Positions 48,646-58,871 of a stretch of 64,000 nt of DNA are shown here, one piece after another. How positions within the stretch are numbered: the first letter of the stretch is position 1; each line of letters begins with the position of its first letter. The notes below the pieces were generated by a model. The model was not told where the DNA came from and searched no databases. It worked only from the letters and a program-made list of their open reading frames with translations. The DNA is from Endomicrobiia bacterium. GTDB taxonomy: Bacteria > Elusimicrobiota > Endomicrobiia > DTEH01. Where the stretch lies: contig JANXDG010000050.1 of assembly GCA_025059805.1 (NCBI GenBank), positions 18,157 to 82,156 of the forward strand, read 5' to 3'. Made by a program: the position numbers and the translations under genes.

Positions 48646-51141
48646 CTAAGTTAACTCAGGTTCTATGCCAGTAAGTGTGTCTAATAACTCGAAAGATAAT
48701 TTTTCTTCTCCGGAACTAAGAGAAGCGTATACTTTATAAACCTTATCAGTACCGGCAAGATTGCGTTTAAGCAAAATTTCTTCAGCAACCGCATCTTCAA
48801 CATATCTCTGTAATACACGTTGTAACGGTCGTGCTCCATAATGTTCATCAAAACCTTTCTCTAATAAGAAATTTTTAACATCTTCTGATAGTATAAGTTC
48901 TATGTTTTTCTTAATCAATCTTTCTGCTAATCTTTTTAACATCAGTTCAAGTATCTGTCTCATTTCTTCCTTTGTTAAAGGTTTGAAAACAACAATTTCA
49001 TCAATACGATTCAAAAATTCTGGATTAAAAACCTTTCTTAGTTCTTCCGTCAATAATGACTTCATATTTTTATATTCATTTTCTTTATCATCACTTTGAA
49101 CAAAACCTATAGATTTACCTTTAGATATAAGTTTTGCCCCAATATTAGAAGTCATAATTATTACTGCATTCTTAAAACTAACTTTATGTCCTAAACTGTC
49201 CGTCAAAACACCGTTATCCATAATTTGTAGTAAAATATTAAACACTTCAGGATGTGCCTTCTCAATCTCGTCAAGTAACACTACACAATAAGGCCGTCTT
49301 CTTACACGTTCAGTAAGTATACCACCCTCTTCATATCCAACATATCCTGGTGGAGCGCCTACTAATCGTGAGACATTAAATTTCTCCATATATTCTGACA
49401 TATCAATTCTTACTAACGCATCTTCGTTGCCAAATAAAAATTCAGCTAACGCTTTTGCGAGTTCAGTCTTACCAACACCAGTTGGACCTAAAAATAAAAA
49501 ACTACCTATTGGCTTTCTTGGATCTTTGATTCCAGTCCTTGACCGACGTATAGCGTTCGCTACAGCTTTAACAGCTTCATCTTGACCAACGATTCTTTTA
49601 TGCAACTCTTGCTCCAAGTTTAATAACTTTTTTCCTTCTTGCTCAGTTATTTTATTAACAGGTATACCCGTCCATTTTGAAACAATGTATGCAATATCTT
49701 CCTCTGTAACTTCAGGGATAACTTCGTCACGTTTTTGTCTCCATTGTTTTTTCAATTCTTCTATTTGTTTTTTAAGAGCCATCTCTTTAGCTCTATACTT
49801 AGCAGCTTGTTCAAAATCTTGTGCTTGTGACGCTTCATCTTTAAGACGAGTAATCTCTTGTAGTTCTTCCATTTTAAGTTTAATTTCTTCCGGTAACTGT
49901 GTTACTTTTAACCGTAATCTACTGCCAGCTTCGTCAATCAAATCTATGGCTTTATCTGGTAAAAATCTATCAGTAATATACCTGTCAGAAAGTTCAGCTG
50001 CTGCTATTAAGGCAGCGTCTGTATATTTTACCTTATGATGATTTTCATATTTTTGTTTGATACCTCTAAGAATCTCAATGGTTTGTTCTACTGTTGGTGG
50101 TTCAACTAATACTGGCTGAAACCTACGTTCTAACGCAGGATCGCGCTCAATATATTTTCTATACTCATCCATTGTAGTTGCACCTATACATTGCAGTTCA
50201 CCTCGTGCCAATGCTGGTTTTAACATGTTAGACGCATCAACTGCACCTTCTGCAGCACCTGCACCTATCACTGTGTGTAATTCATCTATGAATAAAATGA
50301 TATTATTTTTACTACGACGTATTTCTTCCATTATATTTTTTAATCTTTGTTCAAATTCACCTCTGTATTTAGTACCTGCAATAACCGCGCCTAAATCTAA
50401 AGTTACAACACGTTTGTTAAACAAAACTTCTGGTACATCACCCGATGCTATTTTCTGTGCTAACCCTTCCACAATGGCAGTTTTTCCTACACCTGGATCA
50501 CCAATAAGGACAGGATTATTTTTAGTCCTTCGTGAAAGTATTTGTATAACTCTTTCTATTTCAGTTTCTCTACCAATAACAGGATCGAGTTGATTCTCTT
50601 TTGCAAGTTGTGTTAGATCACGACTAAATTCATCAAGAGTTGGTGTCTTAGGTTTTTTTAAATGTTTTACTGTTTTCTGTGGCTTAAAAAATGGTATCGG
50701 AGACTCTATATCACCTAAAAGCGATAAAACTTCCTCTTGTACATCTTCGTAAGTTACCCCCAAATATTCTAAAACACGTGCTGCAACACCTTCTTTCTCA
50801 CGTAATAGACCTAACAAAATATGTTCAGTACCAACATATATATGTCCCATCATATTAGCTTCTTCAACGGCATATTCTAATACTTTCTTAGCTCGTGGCG
50901 AAAACGGTATTTCACCTAAAACCATCACATTATCCCCAGGAGGAACTATCCTTTCAACCTCATGTTTTATCTTGCGGAGATCCACACCAAGATTAATCAA
51001 TATTTGAACTGCTAAACCTTCACCAATAGAAACTAATCCTAGTAACAAATGTTCAGTACCAACATAATCATGATTAAGCCGTTTTGCTTCTTCCTGTGCT
51101 ATTAATATAACTTTTTGTGCACGATCTGAAAATTTGTTCAT
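48646..51141 (-). CDS. clpC: ATP-dependent Clp protease ATP-binding subunit ClpC-type (Clp_N x2, two AAA+ modules, UVR-like linker)
   Basis: Double Clp_N repeats, GDPGVGKTAIVEGLA and GPTGVGKTELAKALA Walker A motifs, 831 aa. Confidence 0.85.
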   Translation of the reverse strand: MNKFSDRAQKVILIAQEEAKRLNHDYVGTEHLLLGLVSIGEGLAVQILINLGVDLRKIKHEVERIVPPGDNVMVLGEIPFSPRAKKVLEYAVEEANMMGHIYVGTEHILLGLLREKEGVAARVLEYLGVTYEDVQEEVLSLLGDIESPIPFFKPQKTVKHLKKPKTPTLDEFSRDLTQLAKENQLDPVIGRETEIERVIQILSRRTKNNPVLIGDPGVGKTAIVEGLAQKIASGDVPEVLFNKRVVTLDLGAVIAGTKYRGEFEQRLKNIMEEIRRSKNNIILFIDELHTVIGAGAAEGAVDASNMLKPALARGELQCIGATTMDEYRKYIERDPALERRFQPVLVEPPTVEQTIEILRGIKQKYENHHKVKYTDAALIAAAELSDRYITDRFLPDKAIDLIDEAGSRLRLKVTQLPEEIKLKMEELQEITRLKDEASQAQDFEQAAKYRAKEMALKKQIEELKKQWRQKRDEVIPEVTEEDIAYIVSKWTGIPVNKITEQEGKKLLNLEQELHKRIVGQDEAVKAVANAIRRSRTGIKDPRKPIGSFLFLGPTGVGKTELAKALAEFLFGNEDALVRIDMSEYMEKFNVSRLVGAPPGYVGYEEGGILTERVRRRPYCVVLLDEIEKAHPEVFNILLQIMDNGVLTDSLGHKVSFKNAVIIMTSNIGAKLISKGKSIGFVQSDDKENEYKNMKSLLTEELRKVFNPEFLNRIDEIVVFKPLTKEEMRQILELMLKRLAERLIKKNIELILSEDVKNFLLEKGFDEHYGARPLQRVLQRYVEDAVAEEILLKRNLAGTDKVYKVYASLSSGEEKLSFELLDTLTGIEPELT

Positions 51142-51186
51142 AATTTTTTTATATCAATTTAAATATAAAAATTCAACGATTCATAC

Positions 51187-52080
51187 TTAAACCAAGATTT
51201 GACATTTGAAATCCTCTAATTGCTGTTTGTACTTCTTAAGGCTTTCTAGCAGAATATATGGTATTTTTAAACTCCCTAATAGAGGTTCACTACCATCTAC
51301 CGCGCCATGACAATCACTACCTCCAGTAATTAACAACCCATATTTGTCTGCAATATTATTTAATTCTTCTGTTACATTCTTATGGTGTTTAGAATGATAA
51401 ACTTCAATACCTTTTATACCTTGGTTTACAAGTTTTTTAATAGATTTTGTATCCACACAAATACCGAAATATGGATGCGCTAATATGGGTATACCACCAG
51501 TCTGTAAAATTAAAGAAATTGCCTCCTGAGATTGTAATCTAAATTTTGGCACATATGCTGGCATACCGTATCCTAAATATAAATCAAATGCCTCTTTAAC
51601 AGAACTAACTATGCCTTTCTCAAAAAGAATTCTTGCAAAATGTAATCTTCCAATACTCTGAGTAGAACTAAACTCTTTGATAACTTCGTCCTCTTCAAGC
51701 TTTATCCCTAAAGAGTTAAGTTTTGCTAAAATCTTATACGCACGCTCTTGTCTTACCTGCCTAAATATCTTCAATTTTTGTTGTAAAGTTTTATCATGCC
51801 AGTCAATATAATACCCGAGAATATGTATTTCTGACTCTGTTGAATCCTTAAATTCCACCGAAAGTTCAACACCAGGCACAACTTCTATACCTTGTTTTTT
51901 ACCTTCTTCAATTGCTTCTTCAATACCATCTGTCGTGTCGTGATCAGTTATTCCTACAGCTACAATACCTTTGTTTTTACAATACTGAACAACTTCTTTA
52001 GGAGAAAAACTACCATCAGAATAAGTAGTATGTACATGAAGGTCAATATAATTCTCAGCTAACATTTTTGTTAACTCCAT
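51187..52080 (-). CDS. PHP-domain metal-dependent phosphoesterase
   Basis: IDLHVHTTYSDGS N-terminal motif, further His-rich motifs, 297 aa. Confidence 0.7.
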   Translation of the reverse strand: MELTKMLAENYIDLHVHTTYSDGSFSPKEVVQYCKNKGIVAVGITDHDTTDGIEEAIEEGKKQGIEVVPGVELSVEFKDSTESEIHILGYYIDWHDKTLQQKLKIFRQVRQERAYKILAKLNSLGIKLEEDEVIKEFSSTQSIGRLHFARILFEKGIVSSVKEAFDLYLGYGMPAYVPKFRLQSQEAISLILQTGGIPILAHPYFGICVDTKSIKKLVNQGIKGIEVYHSKHHKNVTEELNNIADKYGLLITGGSDCHGAVDGSEPLLGSLKIPYILLESLKKYKQQLEDFKCQILV

Positions 52081-52088
52081 CTTTTATT

Positions 52089-53432
52089 TCATAGCAGCTC
52101 AGCTGCTAAAGCAGCAAGTTCACTTCTTTCCGACTTTGTAAAGTTAATATGTCCAAAAATTTCTTGCCCTTTGAATCTATCAACTAAATATACCAAACCG
52201 TTTGAAGAATCGTCTAAGTACGGATTGTCAATTTGGTACGGATCACCAGTTAATACTATCTTGCTACCCTCACCTGCACGTGAAACTATCGTTTTTATTT
52301 CATGTGGAGTAAGATTTTGTGCATCATCAATTATAAAAAACTGACTTGGTAAACTTCTACCACGAAGATATGTCAAGGCTTCTACCTCAATTAATCCAGA
52401 TTCAAAATAATAATCTATTGTTGATTGCAACTTTTCCGTATCAAATTTGTACATCTTACCAACTAAATAATCTAAGTTGTCATATATTGCACCCATCCAA
52501 CTTGATAGTTTCTCCTCTTTAGTTCCGGGAAGATATCCTATATCTCGTCCCATTGGTATTACTGGCCTGCTTACCAACATTCTTCTATACACTTTTTCTT
52601 CAAGAACTTTGTGCAACCCACAAGCTAAAGATAACAATGTCTTACCAGCACCAGCTACTCCAATAAGTGTTACTAAAGATATCTTATCATCTAACAATAA
52701 CTCCATTGCAAAACGTTGTTGTACATTTAATGGCTTCACACCCATAGCTATAATATCTTTTGGTGATACTAAAACAAGTTCTTTCTGAGCATTTTGACCT
52801 TTCTTAACACGTGCAAGAACGCTATGTGACTTTTCAGACCTAAATATAAAAAATTCATTATAATATATCTCTTCAGTATCCATCTTCAACTTTTCAGCAA
52901 TATCTTTTACATTTATTTTTTTCTGCGAATAAATTTTATCAATTATTTCTGAACTAACATCGTACTCTCTAAAACCAGAATATACTGTTTCAAGTTTAAC
53001 CTTTGCTTTTTCATAATCTTGCGTTGTAATACCTAAAGCTTCTGCTTTTATTCTTAAATTAATATCTTTTGTTATAAATATAACACGTTCTCCATCTTTC
53101 TTTAGTTTTAAAGCCACAGCCAAAATTCTATGGTCAGCTTTGTTTTCTACAAACTGGTGCGGCAAATCTTTATCCCAGTCAAGCTCTATTTTTATCATTC
53201 CGCCTTCTTCAAGTTTTACTCCTTCAATAATATTACCCTGTCTGCGTAACAAATCTAACTTGCGAGATACAAGCCTTGAATTTCTACCAAGTTCGTCATT
53301 ACGACGTTTCATTATATCAAGTTCTTCTATTACAGTCATAGGAATAACAACTTTATTATCTCCGAAAACGAACATTGATTCCGGGTCATGAAGTAAAACA
53401 TTAGTATCTAACACAAAAGTTTTTTGAACCAT
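52089..53432 (-). CDS. PhoH2: N-terminal PIN domain fused to PhoH-like ATPase
   Basis: FVLDTNVLLHDP...IPMTVIEELD (PIN acidic residues) and GVAGAGKTLLSLA Walker A in the C-terminal PhoH part. Confidence 0.75.
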   Translation of the reverse strand: MVQKTFVLDTNVLLHDPESMFVFGDNKVVIPMTVIEELDIMKRRNDELGRNSRLVSRKLDLLRRQGNIIEGVKLEEGGMIKIELDWDKDLPHQFVENKADHRILAVALKLKKDGERVIFITKDINLRIKAEALGITTQDYEKAKVKLETVYSGFREYDVSSEIIDKIYSQKKINVKDIAEKLKMDTEEIYYNEFFIFRSEKSHSVLARVKKGQNAQKELVLVSPKDIIAMGVKPLNVQQRFAMELLLDDKISLVTLIGVAGAGKTLLSLACGLHKVLEEKVYRRMLVSRPVIPMGRDIGYLPGTKEEKLSSWMGAIYDNLDYLVGKMYKFDTEKLQSTIDYYFESGLIEVEALTYLRGRSLPSQFFIIDDAQNLTPHEIKTIVSRAGEGSKIVLTGDPYQIDNPYLDDSSNGLVYLVDRFKGQEIFGHINFTKSERSELAALAAELL

Positions 53433-53453
53433 ATTTCCCCCAAAATCCTCACA

Positions 53454-54266
53454 CTAATACATCATTCCTATATTAAAAACTAAATTTTTAGCATCTTTAG
53501 TGATACCAAAAGATAATCCTGTAAAAAATCTACGATATTCATCAATATCATAACTTATACCAGAAGAAATATAAGATTCAAATTTTTCCGTATTAAGTAT
53601 CTTGCTACTATTCTCTTCGTCATTCTTTTTATTTTCACCTTTCAAACCAAACGAAACTTTAAGTTCATCGGTAAGTTGAAAATTACTACCAAAGGTGTAA
53701 AAAAAACTGTCCCCAACTTTGTATTTGTCAGGATTTCTAGTATAATATCTATACCCGAGGTTGATTGTTAAATTAAACCAATGCTGTGTTTTTAGTATAA
53801 CTTCTTTATCTATCATCCAAAGAACTATAATTCCTATTCCTCCGGTACCAAATTTTTCTTTATAATTCCCCGTAGGCAAACTAAATCCTAATTCAGCACT
53901 TATTGTAGGTATGTTTACACTACCATTTTGTTCCTTAGTAATCAAATGTTTTATACCAATTAACATATCAGAAATACCTTTATCCACATCATCTCTTTCA
54001 CTCCTGCTAACACCTGCGATTTCAAATCCAACCTCTAAACTGTCTGTTGCACCCCAGTATAAACCTACTGGAATTTTAAGTTCGGCTTTGTTAGAACCAA
54101 TAAGATAGTAGTTCATCTCTAACATCAATCCATAAACGTTAACTGGACAACATAACGTTGATTGAAATGGTCTATAAATATTAAAAAAATTTATCTGTGC
54201 TTGTATAACGTTTAACAAGATGAGGTTAAAAATTAAACTATATACAGTTTTTATTCCCAACTTCAT
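53454..54266 (-). CDS. Putative outer-membrane beta-barrel protein
   Basis: Signal peptide, alternating-polarity strands, C-terminal ...VFNIGMMY ending in an aromatic residue. Confidence 0.45.
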   Translation of the reverse strand: MKLGIKTVYSLIFNLILLNVIQAQINFFNIYRPFQSTLCCPVNVYGLMLEMNYYLIGSNKAELKIPVGLYWGATDSLEVGFEIAGVSRSERDDVDKGISDMLIGIKHLITKEQNGSVNIPTISAELGFSLPTGNYKEKFGTGGIGIIVLWMIDKEVILKTQHWFNLTINLGYRYYTRNPDKYKVGDSFFYTFGSNFQLTDELKVSFGLKGENKKNDEENSSKILNTEKFESYISSGISYDIDEYRRFFTGLSFGITKDAKNLVFNIGMMY

Positions 54267-54327
54267 TCTAAATGATATATAAAATAATATTTATTGAATT
54301 CAATATAATATAATTTTTTGTGTATAA

Positions 54328-55413
54328 TTAACCGCATATTTCACCAGACAAAAGAATCCTACCTACTAAATCATAGATTGCAGCATACTGACCTCTTGTA
54401 ACTGCCCTTTGCGGAGTTTCAAACATAACTTTTATTAAGTTTCCATCTGATAAACTTAAATTACACTTAACCGGCGGTGTCTTATATCTTATTTTTACAT
54501 AAACTTTTCTCTTTTTTAACAAATTGTATTTGCTTTCGTAAAATATGGGATTAGTAATTAATAATTCTGAAGAGTACAAATCTTTTTCTTCACCAACATA
54601 AACAATGTTTGTCTCAGGATCTGTTTTAACTACATACATACGTGTCGTTAAATTTTTTAGTCCTAAACCTTCCCTTTGACCAATAGTATAACACATATAA
54701 CCATTATGATATCCAAGAAATTTATTTGTATGTATGTTTAAAATTTTTCCTTTTCTGAAAACTTCAATACCTTTCGTTCTTAGAAAATTTTTATAATCAC
54801 GGTCAGCAATAAAACATATATCAAAACTTTCCTTCTTATGTGCTACTTTAAGCCCGGCTGACGCTGCAATTTCACGTACATCTTTTTTTGTCAGGTTGCC
54901 AAGTGGAAACATTATATGTGGCAGTACATTATTTGGTACTGTACATAGAAAATATGATTGGTCTTTATATTCATCTTTCGCTTTAGCTATATAAAACTTT
55001 TGTCTTGTTTTCACAACACGAGCATAATGACCTGTTGCAAGAAATTCTATTCCTGTAAGTTCTTTCAATTTTTCGAACGCTATGCCGAATTTAATTTTCT
55101 CGTTACAAATAATGCATGGGTTAGGAGTATAACCCATTTTGTATTTTAAACAGAAATATTTTATAACAATCTCTTCAAATTCTTTAGATAGATCTAAAAC
55201 ATAATGCTTTATCCCTAACTGCGAACATACATTTTTTGCATCATATATATCATGCGGAGAACAACAAATTTGTCTTTGTAAGTTATCAGTTTTACCACAC
55301 TGCCATAGTTTTAATGTTACACCTATAACATCATATCCATTCTTCACCAAAATATACGCTGCAGTTGAAGAATCTACACCGCCTGACATCAATATAGCAA
55401 CTTTATTTTTCAT
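54328..55413 (-). CDS. mnmA: tRNA-specific 2-thiouridylase
   Basis: PP-loop VAILMSGGVDSS, catalytic Cys region, 361 aa. Confidence 0.85.
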   Translation of the reverse strand: MKNKVAILMSGGVDSSTAAYILVKNGYDVIGVTLKLWQCGKTDNLQRQICCSPHDIYDAKNVCSQLGIKHYVLDLSKEFEEIVIKYFCLKYKMGYTPNPCIICNEKIKFGIAFEKLKELTGIEFLATGHYARVVKTRQKFYIAKAKDEYKDQSYFLCTVPNNVLPHIMFPLGNLTKKDVREIAASAGLKVAHKKESFDICFIADRDYKNFLRTKGIEVFRKGKILNIHTNKFLGYHNGYMCYTIGQREGLGLKNLTTRMYVVKTDPETNIVYVGEEKDLYSSELLITNPIFYESKYNLLKKRKVYVKIRYKTPPVKCNLSLSDGNLIKVMFETPQRAVTRGQYAAIYDLVGRILLSGEICG

Positions 55414-56312
55414 CTTGAGAATATCACATCTTTATCCTTTGGTAAAAATTTTCTTATCTTATAATCTTCGCCATCTATAATAACTTCAATTGTACCGTCT
55501 CTGTCAGTTCTATAAATTTCAACTCCATAATTTTTAAGCCGTTTAATAACACTGGGATGAGGATGACCAAAACGATTGTTTAAACCGCAGGATATAACCG
55601 CAACTTCAGGCATTACTGTATCTAAAAATATCTCTGTTGTTGAAGTAGCAGAGCCATGATGTGCAACTTTTAAAATGTTTGCTTCTAACAATTCCTTCCT
55701 ACGTTTGTATATATTAAGAATCTCATATTCAGCATCTTTTTCAATATCACCGGTAAGCATCACTGCAATTTTGTTATACTTTATTCTAATAACAACACTG
55801 TTATTGTTAGGATCTTCAAATACCAAATTTTTTGGCGGATAAAGAATTAAAATTTCTATTCTTGGATCAAGTTCTATTTTAGTTCCTTCTCGTGCTAAAA
55901 TATATTTTATCCCGTTATTATAAATATTTTGAAGAAGCTCCATATATATAGATGAAGGGTATGGAAAACCGGGGTCATAAAATTTACCCACAGTAAAATT
56001 AGCTAAAACAGTATTGAGTCCACCAATGTGGTCCTTATGTGGATGAGAAATTACAACAATATCTATTTTTCTTATATTTATTTGCCAAAGAAATTTACAT
56101 ATTTTTTCTCCGTAGTCAAAAAATTCATCTTTATCACCAGCATCATACAACATTGTTTTTCCGTTCGGTGTAATTATAAAAACAGAATCGCTTTGTCCCA
56201 CATCTAAAAAATAAATTTTTAAAACTGAACAGAACAGTGAAGCAACAAAAATTGAAAATGTTAAGAAGAAAAGAAGAGAAGTAAAATTTTTCCTGTGGCG
56301 GGATATTATCAT
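55410..56312 (-). CDS. Membrane-anchored MBL-fold hydrolase (ComEC-type metallo-beta-lactamase domain)
   Basis: FLDVGQSDSVFI resembles the DVGQGDA motif of ComEC lactamase domains. HPHKDHIGG zinc ligands. Confidence 0.65.
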   Translation of the reverse strand: MIISRHRKNFTSLLFFLTFSIFVASLFCSVLKIYFLDVGQSDSVFIITPNGKTMLYDAGDKDEFFDYGEKICKFLWQINIRKIDIVVISHPHKDHIGGLNTVLANFTVGKFYDPGFPYPSSIYMELLQNIYNNGIKYILAREGTKIELDPRIEILILYPPKNLVFEDPNNNSVVIRIKYNKIAVMLTGDIEKDAEYEILNIYKRRKELLEANILKVAHHGSATSTTEIFLDTVMPEVAVISCGLNNRFGHPHPSVIKRLKNYGVEIYRTDRDGTIEVIIDGEDYKIRKFLPKDKDVIFSR

Positions 56313-56313
56313 C

Positions 56314-56559
56314 TTACTTTTTTTTGGAACGTTTCAGAAGTTTCTCTTGTAGTTCTTGTATACGCAATTTCGCCTGTTTAGTTTTTTCTTCATCTGGTAG
56401 AATTTCAATATTTAACCATAGTCCTTCATAAATTTTAAAGTCGAAAATTTCTACTGGTAAGTATATACTTCCTTTTCTGTCTACTATATTTATAACAACT
56501 ATTTTTCCATCTTCAATCCTGTCTATAACACCATATATTTTCATTAGTATATACAACAA
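56314..56559 (-). CDS. DUF3006-like small protein
   Basis: 81 aa, GVIDRIEDGKIVV N-terminal pattern common to DUF3006. Confidence 0.45.
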   Translation of the reverse strand: MLYILMKIYGVIDRIEDGKIVVINIVDRKGSIYLPVEIFDFKIYEGLWLNIEILPDEEKTKQAKLRIQELQEKLLKRSKKK

Positions 56560-56560
56560 C

Positions 56561-57169
56561 TTAGGTAATCTTTACCAGAATATCACTCATAATATTAGCA
56601 GCTTCATCAACTCTATCAGCAGCGTTTGATAGGTGCCTATAAACTTCTCTGGTCTTTAATATCTTTTTTATATCATCAGATTCAAAAAGTTTTACTAACG
56701 CTTCTCTGTACCTATGTTCTACAAAGTTTTCAGTTTTCTTTGCTCGTACTATGTGTTCGCTGCATACGCCTGGGTGCGATTTTAAACATTTCAAACCCAA
56801 CATAATTTCTTTAGCAGCGTTATGTATAGCTTCAACCATTTTTTTCATATATTCATCTGCTTCCAACTTGAATAACATAATTTCTTCAACAGTACTTTTT
56901 GCATAATCTAATACATCATCAATCGCCCGAGATAATGCAAAAATATCTTCTCTATCGATAGGTGTAACAAAACTACGATTTAACTCATCTATAAGTACTC
57001 TACGTAACTCATCAGCCTCTTCTTCTGTTTGTTCCACCTTGCGTTTGTTTTCATCACAGATATTGTTTATAAAATCTACAAGATATCCCGTACCTTCTGC
57101 AACTTTCACTGCTTGGTTATATAACATACCTAAAAAATCTTTTTCTTTAGGAAACAATCTTATACCCAT
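56561..57169 (-). CDS. DUF47 (PhoU-like, TIGR00153) family protein
   Basis: MGIRLFPKEKDFLGML...EEEADELRR pattern and ~200 aa helical protein typical of DUF47. No adjacent PitA. Confidence 0.6.
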   Translation of the reverse strand: MGIRLFPKEKDFLGMLYNQAVKVAEGTGYLVDFINNICDENKRKVEQTEEEADELRRVLIDELNRSFVTPIDREDIFALSRAIDDVLDYAKSTVEEIMLFKLEADEYMKKMVEAIHNAAKEIMLGLKCLKSHPGVCSEHIVRAKKTENFVEHRYREALVKLFESDDIKKILKTREVYRHLSNAADRVDEAANIMSDILVKIT

Positions 57170-57183
57170 TTCTTCTTACCTCC

Positions 57184-58446
57184 TTATAAAATTCCAGGTT
57201 CAACAAAACCATTTTCTTTAGCCTCCGGTGTTAGTTTTAATGAACCAAATTGTATTATTTTCACATCTCTTACATCATATCTTTTAGGATAAGTTAAGTA
57301 AATTTTACTATTGACAAAATCTATATCTTTTATAATTGCTAAGCATATAAATTCGTGATTGCCATCAAGTAATGCAACAATTACATTTTTAAAATCTTCT
57401 ACAACAGGATTTCTAATTTTTTTCACGTTATAAACTTTTTGTAATATTTGTTTCTCTCCATCAGTAATTTGTTTACTACTAACAACATATAAACCCTCAA
57501 AACCAGGTAGTCGTTCTAACCATTTTATACTTTTTATTTTAGTTTTGTTTTCTATCTTTTCTCCGGTAAGAAAATATGAACGGTCTGTAAAAATTTCTTG
57601 AAAAGAAAATTCAACATCTTCTAATTCTGAAAAATATTTCTTATAAACAAATTCGCGCAACTTCTTCCTTTCATCAGTTGAAGTTGGCGATGCTTTCTTT
57701 GAAACTGTTAATCTCATAATACGTTCTTGTGGAATTGATCTCACAAGATGTTCAATCTCTTTATTTCTTTCTAATAATATTACAAGATAATTTGTCCCCA
57801 GTGCACTTAGAATCTCAATTTCGCTATTTCTTAACATTCTACCACCATCACCTAAAACCCAACCTGGTGTGTCAATAATCACAACATTGGAATTCTTAAG
57901 ACCAAAATTCAAAAGTTTTGTAAACCCACAAAGATAATGTAAAAAATGTTCTGCTGGAGAATGTGAACCTACAAAGTATAATTTAGTAGGTTCTATTTCT
58001 GTCATAAAAAGTATTGGTTTGTCAAACACTGCTATACCAAGTGTTGATGGCGGTCCTATATCCGATTGTCCAGTGTCACAATCCAAAACTGATGGTTTTA
58101 CATTAAAAGAAAGCAGTTTGTTTGTAAGATAAGTTGAAAAAAACGTTTTCCCTGTATCCACTTCGCCAAAAATAATCACACTGTTGATACGTTTTGAAAT
58201 TATATACTCAACAACTCTGTCCCAATCGTCAGGTATAGTCCGCGAAGGTAATTCTGTGATTTTGCCAGTATCGTCAGTCTCAATCACAGCTTCCTGCGAG
58301 TTTACTTCTAAAGGAATACGTTTACCTTCGGGAACAAAAACTTCTTCGTTTGGTATAAACTTTCTACCAATACTTTCAACCTCGCCACTTATAAACTTTA
58401 TATTCAAAGGTCCAGAAATAAAATATACACCTTTTTTGATCAACAT
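57184..58446 (-). CDS. Clp1/Grc3-family polynucleotide 5'-kinase-like P-loop protein
   Basis: P-loop IFGEVDTGKTFFSTYL followed by LDCDTGQSD (the DxDxGQ motif typical of Clp1). 420 aa. Confidence 0.55.
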   Translation of the reverse strand: MLIKKGVYFISGPLNIKFISGEVESIGRKFIPNEEVFVPEGKRIPLEVNSQEAVIETDDTGKITELPSRTIPDDWDRVVEYIISKRINSVIIFGEVDTGKTFFSTYLTNKLLSFNVKPSVLDCDTGQSDIGPPSTLGIAVFDKPILFMTEIEPTKLYFVGSHSPAEHFLHYLCGFTKLLNFGLKNSNVVIIDTPGWVLGDGGRMLRNSEIEILSALGTNYLVILLERNKEIEHLVRSIPQERIMRLTVSKKASPTSTDERKKLREFVYKKYFSELEDVEFSFQEIFTDRSYFLTGEKIENKTKIKSIKWLERLPGFEGLYVVSSKQITDGEKQILQKVYNVKKIRNPVVEDFKNVIVALLDGNHEFICLAIIKDIDFVNSKIYLTYPKRYDVRDVKIIQFGSLKLTPEAKENGFVEPGIL

Positions 58447-58448
58447 AG

Positions 58449-58853
58449 TTATTTCCCCTTATGTTTAAAACTTAATGAAGGCCAAAGTTTTTCTAAAACT
58501 TCGTAATTGAATTTATAAATTTTCTTATTCTTTATGTTAACATCTTGCGTCGTTTTTTTCTGGATAACCATTAGATTCTTAAGTTTGATTTTACCATTTT
58601 TTTTAAGTTGTACCTTGCCTTTGTATACAACATTTTTGTCCATAATAACTATTGTATCACCATTTTTGATTTCATTCGGTGTAATTTCATTAACAAAATG
58701 TTCCATACACATTCCTACAATTCCAATATATATAGGTACGCGTTTATAAAGCTCGTATGTCTGTTTAACTATTTCGTCAAGTGGTAAACCTTTCGTTCTA
58801 TATCCATTCAATATCTCCAGTAACTGCGGGAAATCTGATTCTTTATATGTCAT
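58449..58853 (-). CDS. Hypothetical protein, 2 bp upstream of the Clp1-like gene
   Basis: 134 aa. No motif recognised. Confidence 0.4.
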   Translation of the reverse strand: MTYKESDFPQLLEILNGYRTKGLPLDEIVKQTYELYKRVPIYIGIVGMCMEHFVNEITPNEIKNGDTIVIMDKNVVYKGKVQLKKNGKIKLKNLMVIQKKTTQDVNIKNKKIYKFNYEVLEKLWPSLSFKHKGK

Positions 58854-58871
58854 ATTTTTGTTCTCCCATTT

